A DNA stretch of 64,000 nucleotides from IMG/VR virus record IMGVR_UViG_3300027842_000121. One strand, given 5' to 3'. A program made the position numbers and the translations under genes. Below are positions 24,021 through 35,600 of this stretch, one piece after another. Source of the DNA: an uncultured virus (IMG/VR IMGVR_UViG_3300027842_000121). Taxonomy: Duplodnaviria > Heunggongvirae > Uroviricota > Caudoviricetes. The notes beneath the pieces were generated by a model. It saw only the letters and a list, made by a program, of their open reading frames with translations. It was not told the origin of the DNA and did not search any database. The stretch's first letter is position 1. Each line of letters starts with the position of its first letter.

Positions 24021-26291
24021 TCATTCGAGCCCTTGCAGCCGGACTGTCGTAAATCCTCCCCCGGAATTTGCCGTTGCCCGGCCGATCACCGTCCCGGTCG
24101 GGGTGCCGGATACCGCGGATATCGCCCCGCCCGAGGCGGTCTGCACCAGATTGCCGGCAAAGATCGTGTTCGCCCCGCTCGCCACCGGCACCTCGCCCGA
24201 AGTGACGATCAGCGGCCATGTGTTGACGAGAATGACGATCCCCATCACGTCATCGGTCGCAACCGCCCCGGTGCATAAGACCGGAGTTCCGGCCGCCGCT
24301 ATGTGCCGCAGCACAACTTGCCCGAGCCCGCAGATCGGAGTTCCGGGATAACCGCTGTCAAAGGTCGGCGCGACCGTGCCCTTCCAGAACCCCGGCTCCC
24401 GCAACTCCACATACCCTGGCGTGATGAATGCCGACGACCCGAAAAAGCCATGGCCGCCGAACGTACTGCCGGAGAGGCAATTGTTTATCAGGGACGAAAG
24501 GTCACCCTCGATGACAAGGCCGGGTTGCGGATTGACGGCGCCGATTGCCGCCGACAGGTGGGTAAAGCCAAAGATCGAGTCAGTGCCCGGAGACCATGCA
24601 AAGTTGGTCATCGGCCGAATGACGCCGCTCATCGAGGCGATGTCGAACATCGCCGTCCGCTGTTCAGCAGCAATCTTGAAGCCCGTTCCGCCCCACAGCG
24701 CCTCTGCCGGATATAGGCGGGTCCGGTGCATGTACCGCGCCTTGGTCGCGGTGATTTGCCCTGGCGCGACCGTCTGCGACACCGAGACGGTCCAGGTCGA
24801 GCCGCTCCCGGCAATGACATAGGTGTTGGCGGCAATAGCGGGTCCGCCACTGATCTGCTGCAGCAGATGTCCGACCTGCGGCGTGCCGACTGTAACGGTC
24901 AGTGTTGTCCCGGAAATGCTTCCGGTCAATGTGACAGGAGCCAGCCCATCCCCGACAATCGCGTTACCGATATTCTCGAACTGCGCGGTGTCAAAATCGC
25001 AATCGAGGGTAAGAAGTTGCGGGTCGAAGGTATCTGGCCCGTAGCCGAGAGCGGCAATCAGTGCCGAGGACCACGGCTCGCACCAGATAGAATAGGGCTG
25101 CGTGTCCATGTTGCCGCCGATAAATTTACAGCTTTGCAGAGAGGCGGTGGGACTGATACTAAAACCCCCTCGATTGTTGCTGGCAAAGTCGCAATGGTCA
25201 AATACAATATTTCCGAATTCTTGGGTTTGTGTCGGCATATCGACGCCGATGTAATTATTGTTGGACCGGACGTTCTCCCATTTTGTCTGCCCCCCGGTAA
25301 GGCTGATCCCAGCCCAGAATCCCACGCTTGTTCCAGCACCAAGCGTATATCCGATCTGGATGTTTTTGAGGTCGACCCGGTCGGTGGTGCAAAGGCCGAT
25401 CATCTCGGATGACGAGGCGCCCAGGGTCGAGCCAACCCCGGGGCCATACATGGTGAAGTCTCGAAGCTGGCCGTACCAGCCGGAGAATTGGTCATTTTGC
25501 ACGCCGCACTCGATCGCGGTGCGACGGCCCCAGGGATTTGCATTCGTGGCGAATGTCGCGGAGAAGGTAGAGGGGCTGGTGACCGCAGTCTGCGCGTTGC
25601 TCAACTGATAGGTGCCGGCACTGCCGGGCGTCCCGGTCAACTGGCATATCACGCGTTGCTTGCTGGCGCCCGCGTCAGGGCCGCTGGTCGCCCACACCGC
25701 AATTCCCGTACCGTTCACGAGCATGCCGGGAATGATCGGGTTCGCCCCCGCGACCGTGACCGTCATGACGCCAGGAGCCGAAATCGTAGCGGTGAAGTTC
25801 CCGGTCGCCGCCGGCCTGCCGAGATCGTCGGGCCAATAGAAAATTGTTCCCAGCCCCTCGCCCGCAAAAATCAGATTGGCGGAGGCCCCCGGATTGAATG
25901 TGTCGCCATAATCGCCGAACCGCAGCGTGCCCGAGCCGTCGAGCGCGCTGTTCGCATTCGTCATGCGAATTCCGCTGAGGGCGTACCCGACATATATTTT
26001 GGCGCCGACAGCTCCGGCCTGATAGATCGCGTCCTGGACGATGAGCCAGTTCAGCTCGTTGGTCAGGGCGGTGGCGAACGGGTAGACAGTTCGAAGCGCA
26101 CCGATATTGGCGTAAAGGCCGCTCGCCGGATGCGAGGCGCCATCGGTAAACAGGGTGCCGTCGTTGAGGTAGAGGGCGTGCTGGTTAAGGTATGGGTTGA
26201 ACGCCGCACGGACGACTCGCGGTACAGCGAAGGCGGCAACGGCGGACCCGGCGATCAGGCCGCGGCGGGAGATCGATTGGCGCGGCAGCAT
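24021..26291 (-). CDS. tailspike-like beta-helix protein with Tat signal
   Basis: SRRGLI leader; IVQDAI...IFAGEG and NIVFDHCDF pectin-lyase-like repeats. Confidence 0.6.
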   Translation of the reverse strand: MLPRQSISRRGLIAGSAVAAFAVPRVVRAAFNPYLNQHALYLNDGTLFTDGASHPASGLYANIGALRTVYPFATALTNELNWLIVQDAIYQAGAVGAKIYVGYALSGIRMTNANSALDGSGTLRFGDYGDTFNPGASANLIFAGEGLGTIFYWPDDLGRPAATGNFTATISAPGVMTVTVAGANPIIPGMLVNGTGIAVWATSGPDAGASKQRVICQLTGTPGSAGTYQLSNAQTAVTSPSTFSATFATNANPWGRRTAIECGVQNDQFSGWYGQLRDFTMYGPGVGSTLGASSSEMIGLCTTDRVDLKNIQIGYTLGAGTSVGFWAGISLTGGQTKWENVRSNNNYIGVDMPTQTQEFGNIVFDHCDFASNNRGGFSISPTASLQSCKFIGGNMDTQPYSIWCEPWSSALIAALGYGPDTFDPQLLTLDCDFDTAQFENIGNAIVGDGLAPVTLTGSISGTTLTVTVGTPQVGHLLQQISGGPAIAANTYVIAGSGSTWTVSVSQTVAPGQITATKARYMHRTRLYPAEALWGGTGFKIAAEQRTAMFDIASMSGVIRPMTNFAWSPGTDSIFGFTHLSAAIGAVNPQPGLVIEGDLSSLINNCLSGSTFGGHGFFGSSAFITPGYVELREPGFWKGTVAPTFDSGYPGTPICGLGQVVLRHIAAAGTPVLCTGAVATDDVMGIVILVNTWPLIVTSGEVPVASGANTIFAGNLVQTASGGAISAVSGTPTGTVIGRATANSGGGFTTVRLQGLE

Positions 26292-27706
26292 CAGAACACC
26301 CCCAACAATGCACAGACGCCGCTAAATGTTCCCGCACTAGGGATCACCTGTATGCCGTCGATCGCTCCAGTCCCGCCCTTCCATATCGATGATCCGCGCA
26401 GATCGACCGCCTTGCCCCCAAGACTTTCCGAAACACTCCATCGGGTCGGCTTATACGAAGCCGTATCAGACACATTATCTATCGACATTTTTAGTGTAGC
26501 CATTACTGTCGTGTCCGGTGTGGGAGCATCGAACAAAATAGAGCTTGAAGCGTTGGAATAAGTGAATGAGTCAGGGGCGGCTCCCGAATCGTCTACATAA
26601 AGCGCTGCACGATCATAACTTGCCGTCTGATACGAACCGCCGGAATGCAATCTAATATAGATGTCCGATCCGCCGGTGCCGACTATAAGTCCGGTACAGC
26701 GCAGTTCCATTTGATGGTATGCGGACGACCAGTTGGTTGTGATGAAGTCCAATTCAGACGACGCGGCAGCGGTCAGCACCGCAATCGGTGTTCCGGCAGT
26801 ACCACTGTAATTATTGGTTACTGTAACGGTCGTTGTCCCGTTGTATTGAGCGCATGCGTAATAATTTGTGGCATTATTATCGGGGTTGCTGATGATGTGA
26901 ATCCATCCGTTGCCGGGCGCGGTAATCGTCGTGCCGCCGCCGAGCGGACAGCCGAGAAAATCCGCCGTACCGCCTGCAGTTGCGACAATGAATGTGTCGC
27001 TGGGGTTGCCGTCGCCCACGATGTCGAAATAGACGCCCTGGTTGCCCGCTGTTCCGGTCGGGTTGACTGCGGTATAGGTGCAGCCATTGCAGTTCATCTT
27101 GACGACAAAGCCGCTATCGGCGGGTGTGCCTGCCGTGCCTGCCGTGACCGTCCGCATGCACTGCTGCTGATTGATCTGCCCTGCCCCCGTGATGTGCTGG
27201 ATCGAGGTGTTGCATGTCCCGATCGCGGTCGAGAGGCCGGGAGTAAGCTGAATATCTTGCTTCGACGTAAGGACGCCGCCGGAGATCTGCATGTTGGCGC
27301 CCATCGTGACTTCCGAGGGCGAGGCGCCGAAGTGGGTGCCCAGGAGACCGTCCGCGCCACCGTTCTGGATCTTCGGATACGTAACCGCTCCTGCCGCGAT
27401 ATCCGCGGTTCCGACCAGACTATACACGGTCGAGTTGAAGCCGAAGGCCGCTGCCCACGCCGCGGTGTTTGCCGGGCAGAGCTTCGAGTTCCCGTATGTC
27501 GAGCCGCCCAGGAACTCGTCCACAAACATGCAGCTGGTCGACGGGATCGGGATCGTCGTCGCGTTCATCTCGTTGTGCGGGATGACCGCAGTTATGGTCT
27601 GGGCCTGCGCCGAGCCAGTCAATGCGAGGACGAGCAGAAGCCACCTAATTGCGCCCAACCGCCCCTCCACCGTTGCGGCCGACGACGCTGAGCCCGCCGC
27701 CTTCAC
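26291..27706 (-). CDS. tail-fibre-like protein with signal peptide
   Basis: WLLLVLALTGSAQA; IAAGAVTYPKI repeat; C-terminal AIDGIQVIPSAGTFSG. Confidence 0.6.
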   Translation of the reverse strand: MKAAGSASSAATVEGRLGAIRWLLLVLALTGSAQAQTITAVIPHNEMNATTIPIPSTSCMFVDEFLGGSTYGNSKLCPANTAAWAAAFGFNSTVYSLVGTADIAAGAVTYPKIQNGGADGLLGTHFGASPSEVTMGANMQISGGVLTSKQDIQLTPGLSTAIGTCNTSIQHITGAGQINQQQCMRTVTAGTAGTPADSGFVVKMNCNGCTYTAVNPTGTAGNQGVYFDIVGDGNPSDTFIVATAGGTADFLGCPLGGGTTITAPGNGWIHIISNPDNNATNYYACAQYNGTTTVTVTNNYSGTAGTPIAVLTAAASSELDFITTNWSSAYHQMELRCTGLIVGTGGSDIYIRLHSGGSYQTASYDRAALYVDDSGAAPDSFTYSNASSSILFDAPTPDTTVMATLKMSIDNVSDTASYKPTRWSVSESLGGKAVDLRGSSIWKGGTGAIDGIQVIPSAGTFSGVCALLGVF

Positions 27707-27808
27707 GTCCTACCGCGTTCAGCGAAAATGCGTTGTTGACGCCCACACCGGCGCGGAAGCCCGCAAAACCACAGAGGACCAGGATCAGCAAAACGACTAC
27801 TATCGTCT

Positions 27809-30046
27809 TCATATAGGCTGCTGCCAAACGCGAGCGTAGCGAAACGTCGTCGTGCCGAGCGAGCTATTACTCATCAAAAGACACGGGTGCGACAGGACTG
27901 CGATAGCAACGCTGGGGGCGTCGTTTCCAGTCACTTCAGCCACACCGTTGCGGTAAAAGGTGATCGCATTGAGACCGCTTGGTCCGATCATCGAAGACAT
28001 GAACGCCATCCCAACAGCATCGCCCGATACTGGAGGCGTATGGCCAGAATTTTGACCGTCAAATGAATTTGCGTCGGCCGCGTTTGGCGATATTACCCAC
28101 GCAATCACATCTTCGGTACTGAATCCCATGTCAGGATTATCGATCTCGGGAAACCATGCGCTTGGCGTGAAGGTGGGAGAAGTGGAAAAATTTAAAAATT
28201 CTTGGGAAGTCGCCCAAAATACGAATTGCCCACTTCCTGTCCAAGACGGCTGGTCTTCGAGATACCATCCCTTACCGCCAGCAAGAGGGGCATTATAAGT
28301 TATATATGGTGGAACTGTCGGTGCTGTGAGTGGTGTTCCACAACTGCTCAAAATCGCAAGATTTCCCAGTGTGGGAGTACATGTGGGAGCAAGGGTGATG
28401 CCCCCAGCACCTTGGGTCACCCAGCTCGATGGTATCGGAGGAAAAGCGATGCTGTCACAGGTCCAGTCTCCACGCCATCCTCTCTGACCTGCACGCGGCC
28501 ACGCGTCGCTCAAATACCAATTGAAGCCAGGGTTTCCCGTATTCGACATATCGACGGTCGAAATCGAGGTGCCCTCGTCGTCGAACGCGAGACAGGTCGC
28601 CACCCCCTGAAGGTTTGATATGACATAAGATGGCAGCGGGCGCCCATTAGCCACGTCAAGGCATTTCGGGATCTGGCCCTGAAACGCCAGCACCATCTGG
28701 GCATGGCCGGCCGCGTTCGGGATGAGCCCGACCATGTTCGCGACGCTGACATAGCTGCGCACCGGGACAAACAGCACATCAAGGAGATCGTCTGCCAGCA
28801 GTGCCGCTACATCGGCGGCGTCCTTGTCGTAGGCTGCAGTCGCGGCCGAATTTGCGTCGCCCTGCTCCTTCAGCACGCCCGCGATCAATATCCGGCTCGC
28901 GTAGGTCTTTGGCGCGGTCGCCACCCCGCCAAAAGACAGCGCCTGCCCGGTATTGCTCCCGACCGTCAGAACAATCGTGTGGGCCGTATTGCTGAGGTTC
29001 TGAATGCGCTGCGCCCCAACCCCACGCACCGCACCGGCATCGCTATAGGGCGTCACAGTGACCGGGGATCCTCCATCGACGGTGTAGGTGAAGCTCCCGG
29101 TATTGCCGCCGGAAAAGTTCTTGTACAAGATCCAGACAACGCCGGTGCAGAGGTTGACGCCGACCGGGCTCGTGCCGCAAGAGTTTGAATTCCAGACATT
29201 TGGCACCGCCGCAGATGGCGTAACCGTGAAGGTGAGGGTGGCTCCAGCACTCGCCGAAGCGACAAACGTACCGGACGGGCCACCGCTGTCCGAGCCCCAT
29301 CCTGAGCCGCCCTGGGTCCCGGTCGAGCCGAGCTGCTTGCTGGGAGTGCCAAGCCACACGGCCATTGCGGTAAGGCAAGCCTTGAAGGGCGCTTCATAGG
29401 CACCCACACCCATCGTGCTGGCCTCGACGCCACCAAATTCTAGGATGGCAAGGGGATTAGACGATGTCGCAACGGTGGGCGTGCTGGCGTTGATTACCTG
29501 CGCCAGCGTAGCGTCGCAGGCTCTTGAGGAAGCGACGGCGCGATTGGTCAGGGCCTTGCCGTTTTCAGATCCAACGAGTCCAGGATAGATCGGATATGTC
29601 TGCCCGCTCTGAAGCGCCACGTCATCGCCATAGATCTGAGTTCCCACCGTCTGTGGGCTTGTCCCGATCTGGACCGTCATGCGCTGCACAAAGGTTGCGG
29701 CACCCGACTGCGCGCTCTGCACGCACGGGTAATAAGTGCCCAGCGCGTTTCCGCCGGTAGCTTCGTGCAAAGATGCCCCGGTTATCTGCAGAGTAGTCGC
29801 GTCGCACGCCATCCCAGCATAGTCGGTGCCGGTCACGAGCGTGTACGTCGAACTGCCGCAAGAGGCGCTGCATGTCGTGGATAGGTTTCCGATGGTGGCG
29901 TTTGGCGCCGGTGCTGCAGAATAGCTGTCCGATTGCACCGACAGCACAACCGACCCTCCCGTTGCGCCGCCACCGCCGCCAAGATGGATCGTTCCAAAAC
30001 CAGATATCGCCAAAAAGGCAACTATAAGTAAAATCTTCCCGTTCAT
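27809..30046 (-). CDS. secreted-type protein with SGNH-like and lectin-like domains
   Basis: Signal-like N-terminus; IYGDD / NRAVAS / EFGGVE / PNAAGHAQM resemble SGNH blocks. Confidence 0.55.
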   Translation of the reverse strand: MNGKILLIVAFLAISGFGTIHLGGGGGATGGSVVLSVQSDSYSAAPAPNATIGNLSTTCSASCGSSTYTLVTGTDYAGMACDATTLQITGASLHEATGGNALGTYYPCVQSAQSGAATFVQRMTVQIGTSPQTVGTQIYGDDVALQSGQTYPIYPGLVGSENGKALTNRAVASSRACDATLAQVINASTPTVATSSNPLAILEFGGVEASTMGVGAYEAPFKACLTAMAVWLGTPSKQLGSTGTQGGSGWGSDSGGPSGTFVASASAGATLTFTVTPSAAVPNVWNSNSCGTSPVGVNLCTGVVWILYKNFSGGNTGSFTYTVDGGSPVTVTPYSDAGAVRGVGAQRIQNLSNTAHTIVLTVGSNTGQALSFGGVATAPKTYASRILIAGVLKEQGDANSAATAAYDKDAADVAALLADDLLDVLFVPVRSYVSVANMVGLIPNAAGHAQMVLAFQGQIPKCLDVANGRPLPSYVISNLQGVATCLAFDDEGTSISTVDMSNTGNPGFNWYLSDAWPRAGQRGWRGDWTCDSIAFPPIPSSWVTQGAGGITLAPTCTPTLGNLAILSSCGTPLTAPTVPPYITYNAPLAGGKGWYLEDQPSWTGSGQFVFWATSQEFLNFSTSPTFTPSAWFPEIDNPDMGFSTEDVIAWVISPNAADANSFDGQNSGHTPPVSGDAVGMAFMSSMIGPSGLNAITFYRNGVAEVTGNDAPSVAIAVLSHPCLLMSNSSLGTTTFRYARVWQQPI

Positions 30047-30859
30047 CTAATTATGCGCAAATGCCGCAACCGAAATGACCGTGCTGGTCTGGGTTCCAGA
30101 AAAGGTGCATGTGGCAGTCACTGGATTAACCGAAAGTGTGGTCCCGTTATATTGCGCGCCTCTTTGGTTGCTGGTAGCTACGTCAAGGCTGGTATTGTTA
30201 AACGTAAGCGATGAGGATGCGTCTAGGCCCAGACATGCACTGACGACAAACTGATTGTCCTGTGTTGTATTTCCGTTAGTCGTCACCGACGCCGTGGTGA
30301 CGCTGGTCTGCTCAAGGACGTTTCCAATTCCGACATCGAGACCTGTGGTGGGAACACCGCTTAGGTCTTGAGCAAAGACGTTAGGATAGGAAACCGCAGG
30401 TGAGAAATTGACCGTGAAGACAACCGATCCGCTGGCCGCCATGTTGTCACAATGCCAGATCTCGGCCTGCAATGTCCTGTTGGGGGGCGGTACGTTTGTA
30501 AATGCCGTCCCGGTGGCGACAGAGCAGGAGCCACCAGGATAGGTAATAGTTGAAGCATGTCCCGTATTGGATCCCGGCGAGCAGAGAATGCCCCCACCAG
30601 AGCAATCGGTTATTTCGAGAATGACCAGATCGCCCGTGGCGTGCACGGTGAACGCTGAGGTGGTTGTAGTCGTAACCCCCTGGTCGGCACCGGAACCAAG
30701 GTAGATGATGGCGTGGTTTTGCAGGGTAAAATTGCCGCCTCCGCCGCCACCGACCTTGGCTACGGTCCCGATGCTGACGTTGGTGCCGATCTGTGCCAGA
30801 GCCCCCGCGGCGCATACAAGCCAGATGAGCGCCGCGGCGGCAAAACTGCGCATCATCAC
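30047..30859 (-). CDS. Thr/Ser/Gly-rich beta protein with signal peptide
   Basis: [27 protein letters not shown] motif. Confidence 0.55.
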   Translation of the reverse strand: MMMRSFAAAALIWLVCAAGALAQIGTNVSIGTVAKVGGGGGGNFTLQNHAIIYLGSGADQGVTTTTTSAFTVHATGDLVILEITDCSGGGILCSPGSNTGHASTITYPGGSCSVATGTAFTNVPPPNRTLQAEIWHCDNMAASGSVVFTVNFSPAVSYPNVFAQDLSGVPTTGLDVGIGNVLEQTSVTTASVTTNGNTTQDNQFVVSACLGLDASSSLTFNNTSLDVATSNQRGAQYNGTTLSVNPVTATCTFSGTQTSTVISVAAFAHN

Positions 30860-32505
30860 GACCCCGTACCGAACAGATAGGCGGTCGCGACCGAGTTCAC
30901 GGTGCTCAACTTGAGGGTGATCCCACTACCCGCAAGATTACGGGTGCCGGTGTATGAGTCAGCAGAGACCAATGTCGCGGCGGAAACCGCCGTGCCGTTG
31001 ACCGATACCTTGTTTGCGGTATTTGCGATGATGTCGATATTACAGGTGACATTATTAGCGGGGACGATTGCTGCCGGGATCGTGACCGTCGTGGCGCCAG
31101 CATTGTTGTAGAACACCGAGCCGCCGCAATCGGTTGAAAGCAGGGTATCGGTGCTGCCGCTGACCGTGCGCGCCTTGCCGTTCACAAACCCCGTCCCGGT
31201 GAACGCCAGCGACGCTCCGCTGCCAATCGTCATTGCCGCTGTCGTGTTGGACCCGGTGGTAATTCCAGAAAAAGCAACGCTCCCGGCCGCAGCAACCGCG
31301 TGCCCGATGTTGGTCACATAGTTCACACCGTCGCTCTGCGGGCATGCCCAATCGCCCGGAGCCAAGGTCAGGCTCGAAGAGTTCGTTCCGTTGCCGTTGA
31401 AGGTCGAAGTCGTCGCATTGACCGTGGCGTTGCCGGAAGTTCCGGTGTTGGTGAGGCAGATCCCCCATCCCGCGCCAAACCCGGTCGTGCCGGCCTGCGC
31501 CAGCGTGTAGGTGTGCGCCCCAACCTCGACATTTGCCCCCGTATACCCGGTGACGAGCGCCAATCCGCCGGTGCATGCCCCGGTTACCGTGCCGGCGGTG
31601 CAATCGATCGTGGTCTGGGTTGTCCCGACCGTAAAAGTCCCGGTGCCGGGCGTGGGGTTGATGACAACCGTATTCGGGGTCGCCGATGTGACCGAGACGC
31701 TGCTGCCGGGAGTCGCTGCCCAAGTGCCATCGCCGCGCCAGAAAGTCGAGGAACTGGCCCCCGTGCCAGAATTAAGATTTCCTACCGGCAGGTTGCCGGT
31801 GACGCCCGTCGAAAGTGGCAACCCGGTGGCGTTTGTCAGCACCGCGGCGGACGGCGTGCCAAGCGCCGGCGTAACAAGGGTAGGCGAGGTCGCGAGGACC
31901 ACATTGCCGGAGCCGGTCGTCGCCAACTCGCCGAGAACGCCGGAAGTGTCGTAGAGGATGCGGCCGTTGGTGCCGCCGGTGATTCCGGTCGTGCCGATTG
32001 TCAGTCCGCCGCCACCGCTGCACGATCCGCTGGTGTTGGCGGTCACCAGCCCCTTGCCGTTGGTGGTGATGTTCGAGCAGGTGGTCGATCCGGGAGAGCC
32101 GTTGACGGTCGCGAGGGTTGCCGCCACCGAGCCCGTCCCAGAAGCCGTCACATCACCGGTCAGCGCTGTGATGCCGCCGCCCCCGCCGCCGCCGATGACC
32201 GAACATTGCCCGGCTGCACAAGAAAGGGTAGTGCCATCCCCACGCATTACCCCGTAGATGGTGTTGGTTGCGAACGGGATGCGCGCGTTAAGATATGTCG
32301 CCCATTGCGAGGCCTGGGCGCGGCCGTAGGGAACGCCGGGGTTACCGCAGTTGGCGGAAACCGATTGACACAGCGCCATCGTATCGGAATCGCTGATCCC
32401 GCCCGCGGCAGGCAGGACGTTGATCCCCTGAACCTGCTGAGCCGTGGCCCCGAATGCGACAAGAGGAAAGAGGACGGCGGCAAGAACGAGGGCGCGGAGG
32501 TTCAC
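30856..32505 (-). CDS. tail fibre-like protein with signal peptide
   Basis: [35 protein letters not shown] fibre repeats; leader ending ATA. Confidence 0.7.
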   Translation of the reverse strand: MNLRALVLAAVLFPLVAFGATAQQVQGINVLPAAGGISDSDTMALCQSVSANCGNPGVPYGRAQASQWATYLNARIPFATNTIYGVMRGDGTTLSCAAGQCSVIGGGGGGGITALTGDVTASGTGSVAATLATVNGSPGSTTCSNITTNGKGLVTANTSGSCSGGGGLTIGTTGITGGTNGRILYDTSGVLGELATTGSGNVVLATSPTLVTPALGTPSAAVLTNATGLPLSTGVTGNLPVGNLNSGTGASSSTFWRGDGTWAATPGSSVSVTSATPNTVVINPTPGTGTFTVGTTQTTIDCTAGTVTGACTGGLALVTGYTGANVEVGAHTYTLAQAGTTGFGAGWGICLTNTGTSGNATVNATTSTFNGNGTNSSSLTLAPGDWACPQSDGVNYVTNIGHAVAAAGSVAFSGITTGSNTTAAMTIGSGASLAFTGTGFVNGKARTVSGSTDTLLSTDCGGSVFYNNAGATTVTIPAAIVPANNVTCNIDIIANTANKVSVNGTAVSAATLVSADSYTGTRNLAGSGITLKLSTVNSVATAYLFGTGS

Positions 32506-32629
32506 GATCTGTAGTCCTCGCGGGTGAGGTCACCGCGCGGCTATCACATGAATGCGAGCCTGCGTCATGGCACAGGTGCGATTTGCGTACCGCCGAGTGG
32601 CGCGTGCTTCGCCGCCGTACAAGCAATGG

Positions 32630-35600
32630 CTAAGGCTTCGGTGGCTCTCCAAGACTCTGGTTGATTTGCGTCATCGCTGCCTTCCCCGCCTGCCCCAGTT
32701 CGATCATCCGAAAATAAAGAGTATCGATCAGCTGCCGCTTGTCCGATGGGGAAGATGTCGGGTCGCGGTAAATGTCCTGGATAAGCTTGTTGTGTTCGGT
32801 CAGCGCCTTTTTGATTCCATCGAGGCGTACAAACATTTGCGGGCCACCCATCGCTGAAATACGGGCCGCCGCATCGGCATCCCCTTCTTTCGCCTTTGCC
32901 TGCCATGTCTGATAAAACACGTCGTTACGCGCGTAAGTGTCCTCGAAATCCTGGATCGACTGAGTGGTTGCCGATGGATAGCGAACGATAAAAGCGCGCA
33001 CCACCGGAATGTCGGCGAGCGCCGCCGTCGGCTTGGGCGGGTCCGGCAACACGCCGGACTTGCGTAGCGCCGCATCCGCCGTCGCCAGCGCGTACATGCC
33101 GAGATTGCCGCTCCACCCGCGAATGTAATTTTCCAGGAGGATAGGACTCGTCAGCGCCCGCGCAACGCCTCCCGCAACCGGGCTATCGGGCGAAATGCTG
33201 GCTCCACGCACACCGGGGAACGCACCAATGATCTTGCCAAGCGCCTTGGTCGTCTCTGTCGTGTAGGGCGTGTACTGATATTCCGGTAACCACTTTTCCA
33301 TCCGGTCGGGAACAAGTGTCCGATTGGTAAAAGTATCGCGATTGGTCCACTGGTTAAGGATTGGGGCTCCTGCCGTTGGAACGAATTGCGGCACGACGAC
33401 ACCGAATATCGACTGCGACCAATGCTGGAAAGCCTCGGGATTATGCGCGGCAAAGGCTTCCAACGCCCGCTCTGTACCGGAGCCGAAGACGACGCCCATG
33501 CCCCAGGGCTTTGGTATCCTGAAAATGGCGCCGTTGTTTATTTGCAGGCGATCGCCAACGACACGATAAGCTGATCCCGGAGCCGGCGGCCCAAATTGAT
33601 TGGCGGGCCCGGCATCGTCCCATTTGTTGGTCAGCACGATCCAGGCAAGATCGCGCTGCCATTGCGGGATCTCGTGATAGCGCGGATCGTCATGCTGCGC
33701 CCACCACAGAAGAGCCGAGGGCAAGACAATCCCGCCGCCAACCGCAATCGATGTACGCGCCGGATTGTTGTAAAACGCCCGCGCGACCCGATCGGTATCC
33801 TGCAGGGTGATGTTGGCAAAGGCCGTAATCATGTTGTAGGCGCGCGTCTTGGCCCCGATCCGCGCCGCGTCCACCGCCACATCGCGCGAGGCGAAAGCCG
33901 CTTCCTGGATCTCCGGCTTGCCGATCTCCAGGCCCGCCTCCTCCATCCCGCGCTCGGCCTTGATGTAAGCCCCGAGATGCGAAGCATTCTCCGCCAGCTC
34001 GGTCAGCACCTGCAAAGGGTGCAGCACATATTTACCGACTACCTTGAACGGCAACCCGACAACAGCGCCTCCCTTCGTCAACCATCCCGCATTCGGATCG
34101 GCAACCGTGTTCATCATCCGGGTGACGAGCCCGGTCTGCTGCGTCAAACGGGCAATGTCTTCCTGCAGATATCGCCGATCGACCGTCACCATCGAGATGT
34201 TGGCCCCGCCTCCCTGCACCCACCGCCAGTATGGCTCATCCTTCGAGATCAGCCCCATGAACCCGCGCGCCATATCGGCCGGCGAGAAGAGGCCGGGAGA
34301 CGTGACGGCGGCATAGAGATAGTCGCGGATCGTGTGCCGCATCGCGAAATCGGGCGTCAGTACGGCGCCGGCGCGCAAGGTCCGCGCAAAAGGCCGCATC
34401 AACTGCTCAAAGGCTCCGGCTGTCTGCGCATCGAGCCCCTTCCATGCCCGCGCCAATTCGGGATCGACCTGATAAGTATGCCGGGTGCCGTCGCGAAAGA
34501 TCGAGATCGTGCCGCGGTTTTCCGGTTGCGAGGCCGCAGAATGCAGGAAATCCAGCAGCCCTTCCGACCGATCGATGCCGTTACGCGAGAGAAAATCCCG
34601 CAGCGCAGCATCGAGTGCCGGATCTGGCGGCAACTCCAGCGCCTTGATCGGCTGCCGTTCGCCAAATCCGATATCGCCTGCCGCCGTCAGCATATCGATC
34701 AATTTGGTACCGGCGGCGTTGCGCTCGGCCATTGTGATCATCGAGGCGGTATTGCGGATGATCGATTCGATTGGGTCGACAATCTCACGTTCCGATCCGG
34801 CTATCCGCTTGATCGGATTACTCGCTTGTAGGGTCTGGCCGGCACCGTGGAACCCGTCGCCGTCGCCCATGACCCGCTGGAACGGCACATAGAGACGGTT
34901 CGCCTCGGTCATTACGTCATAGCCGTCGCGCGACAGCACGCCAGAATCGCGCAGGTATGCCGCCACCCGGTTCTGATATTCGACGAGACCGGTCAACACC
35001 GGCTCGTATTTATTCAGTCCCTCGCGCACGACGCGCCGCATTGCCGCTGAGTCGAGCCCGGTCGTGATATCGCGCGCCTCCAATTCAAGGCCGCGCGCGG
35101 CGGCGCCAAAGGCACGGAAGCCGTCAAGATCGTCCTTCACCGGATCGAGGACATCCTGCAGGCTGGCGCCGTTGATCTTGTAGGTGTTGAAGTCGTAAGT
35201 GCCGCGCACCAGAAAGTGATCGATCTTGCCAGCCAGACCGGCAAGGAGCCGCGTCAGCCGGTAGGGATTGCGGAACGTCGGCGTCCCGGGCGGCGTCACC
35301 TCGCTGATCGGATAGAGCTTCTCGAAAATGTTGGTGTACATCCGTGAGAGCGTCATCGGCCGCCGCGGCCCAGGCTCTCCGATGCTGAGCTTCGAGAGAA
35401 TGCTGTCCTGCGCCTCCTCGAATGACCCCGGTGCCGGCGGAGGTTTTTTCCCCCACGAGATCGCCCCCGTCTCGGGTCCGAACTCCAACTCGTTCTGCGG
35501 CGTTTCCGGGCGCTGAAAAATGCCGCCCGGCTCCAATTGCGGCACCGCAGCGCGGATCATGCCGCCACCCTCGGCCTCTCGCGCCCGCATCGCCTGGACT

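Noticed and set aside
20478..32505. Diversity-generating retroelement, expected from BPP-1-like architecture
   Set aside because: No reverse transcriptase and no template/variable repeat pair seen
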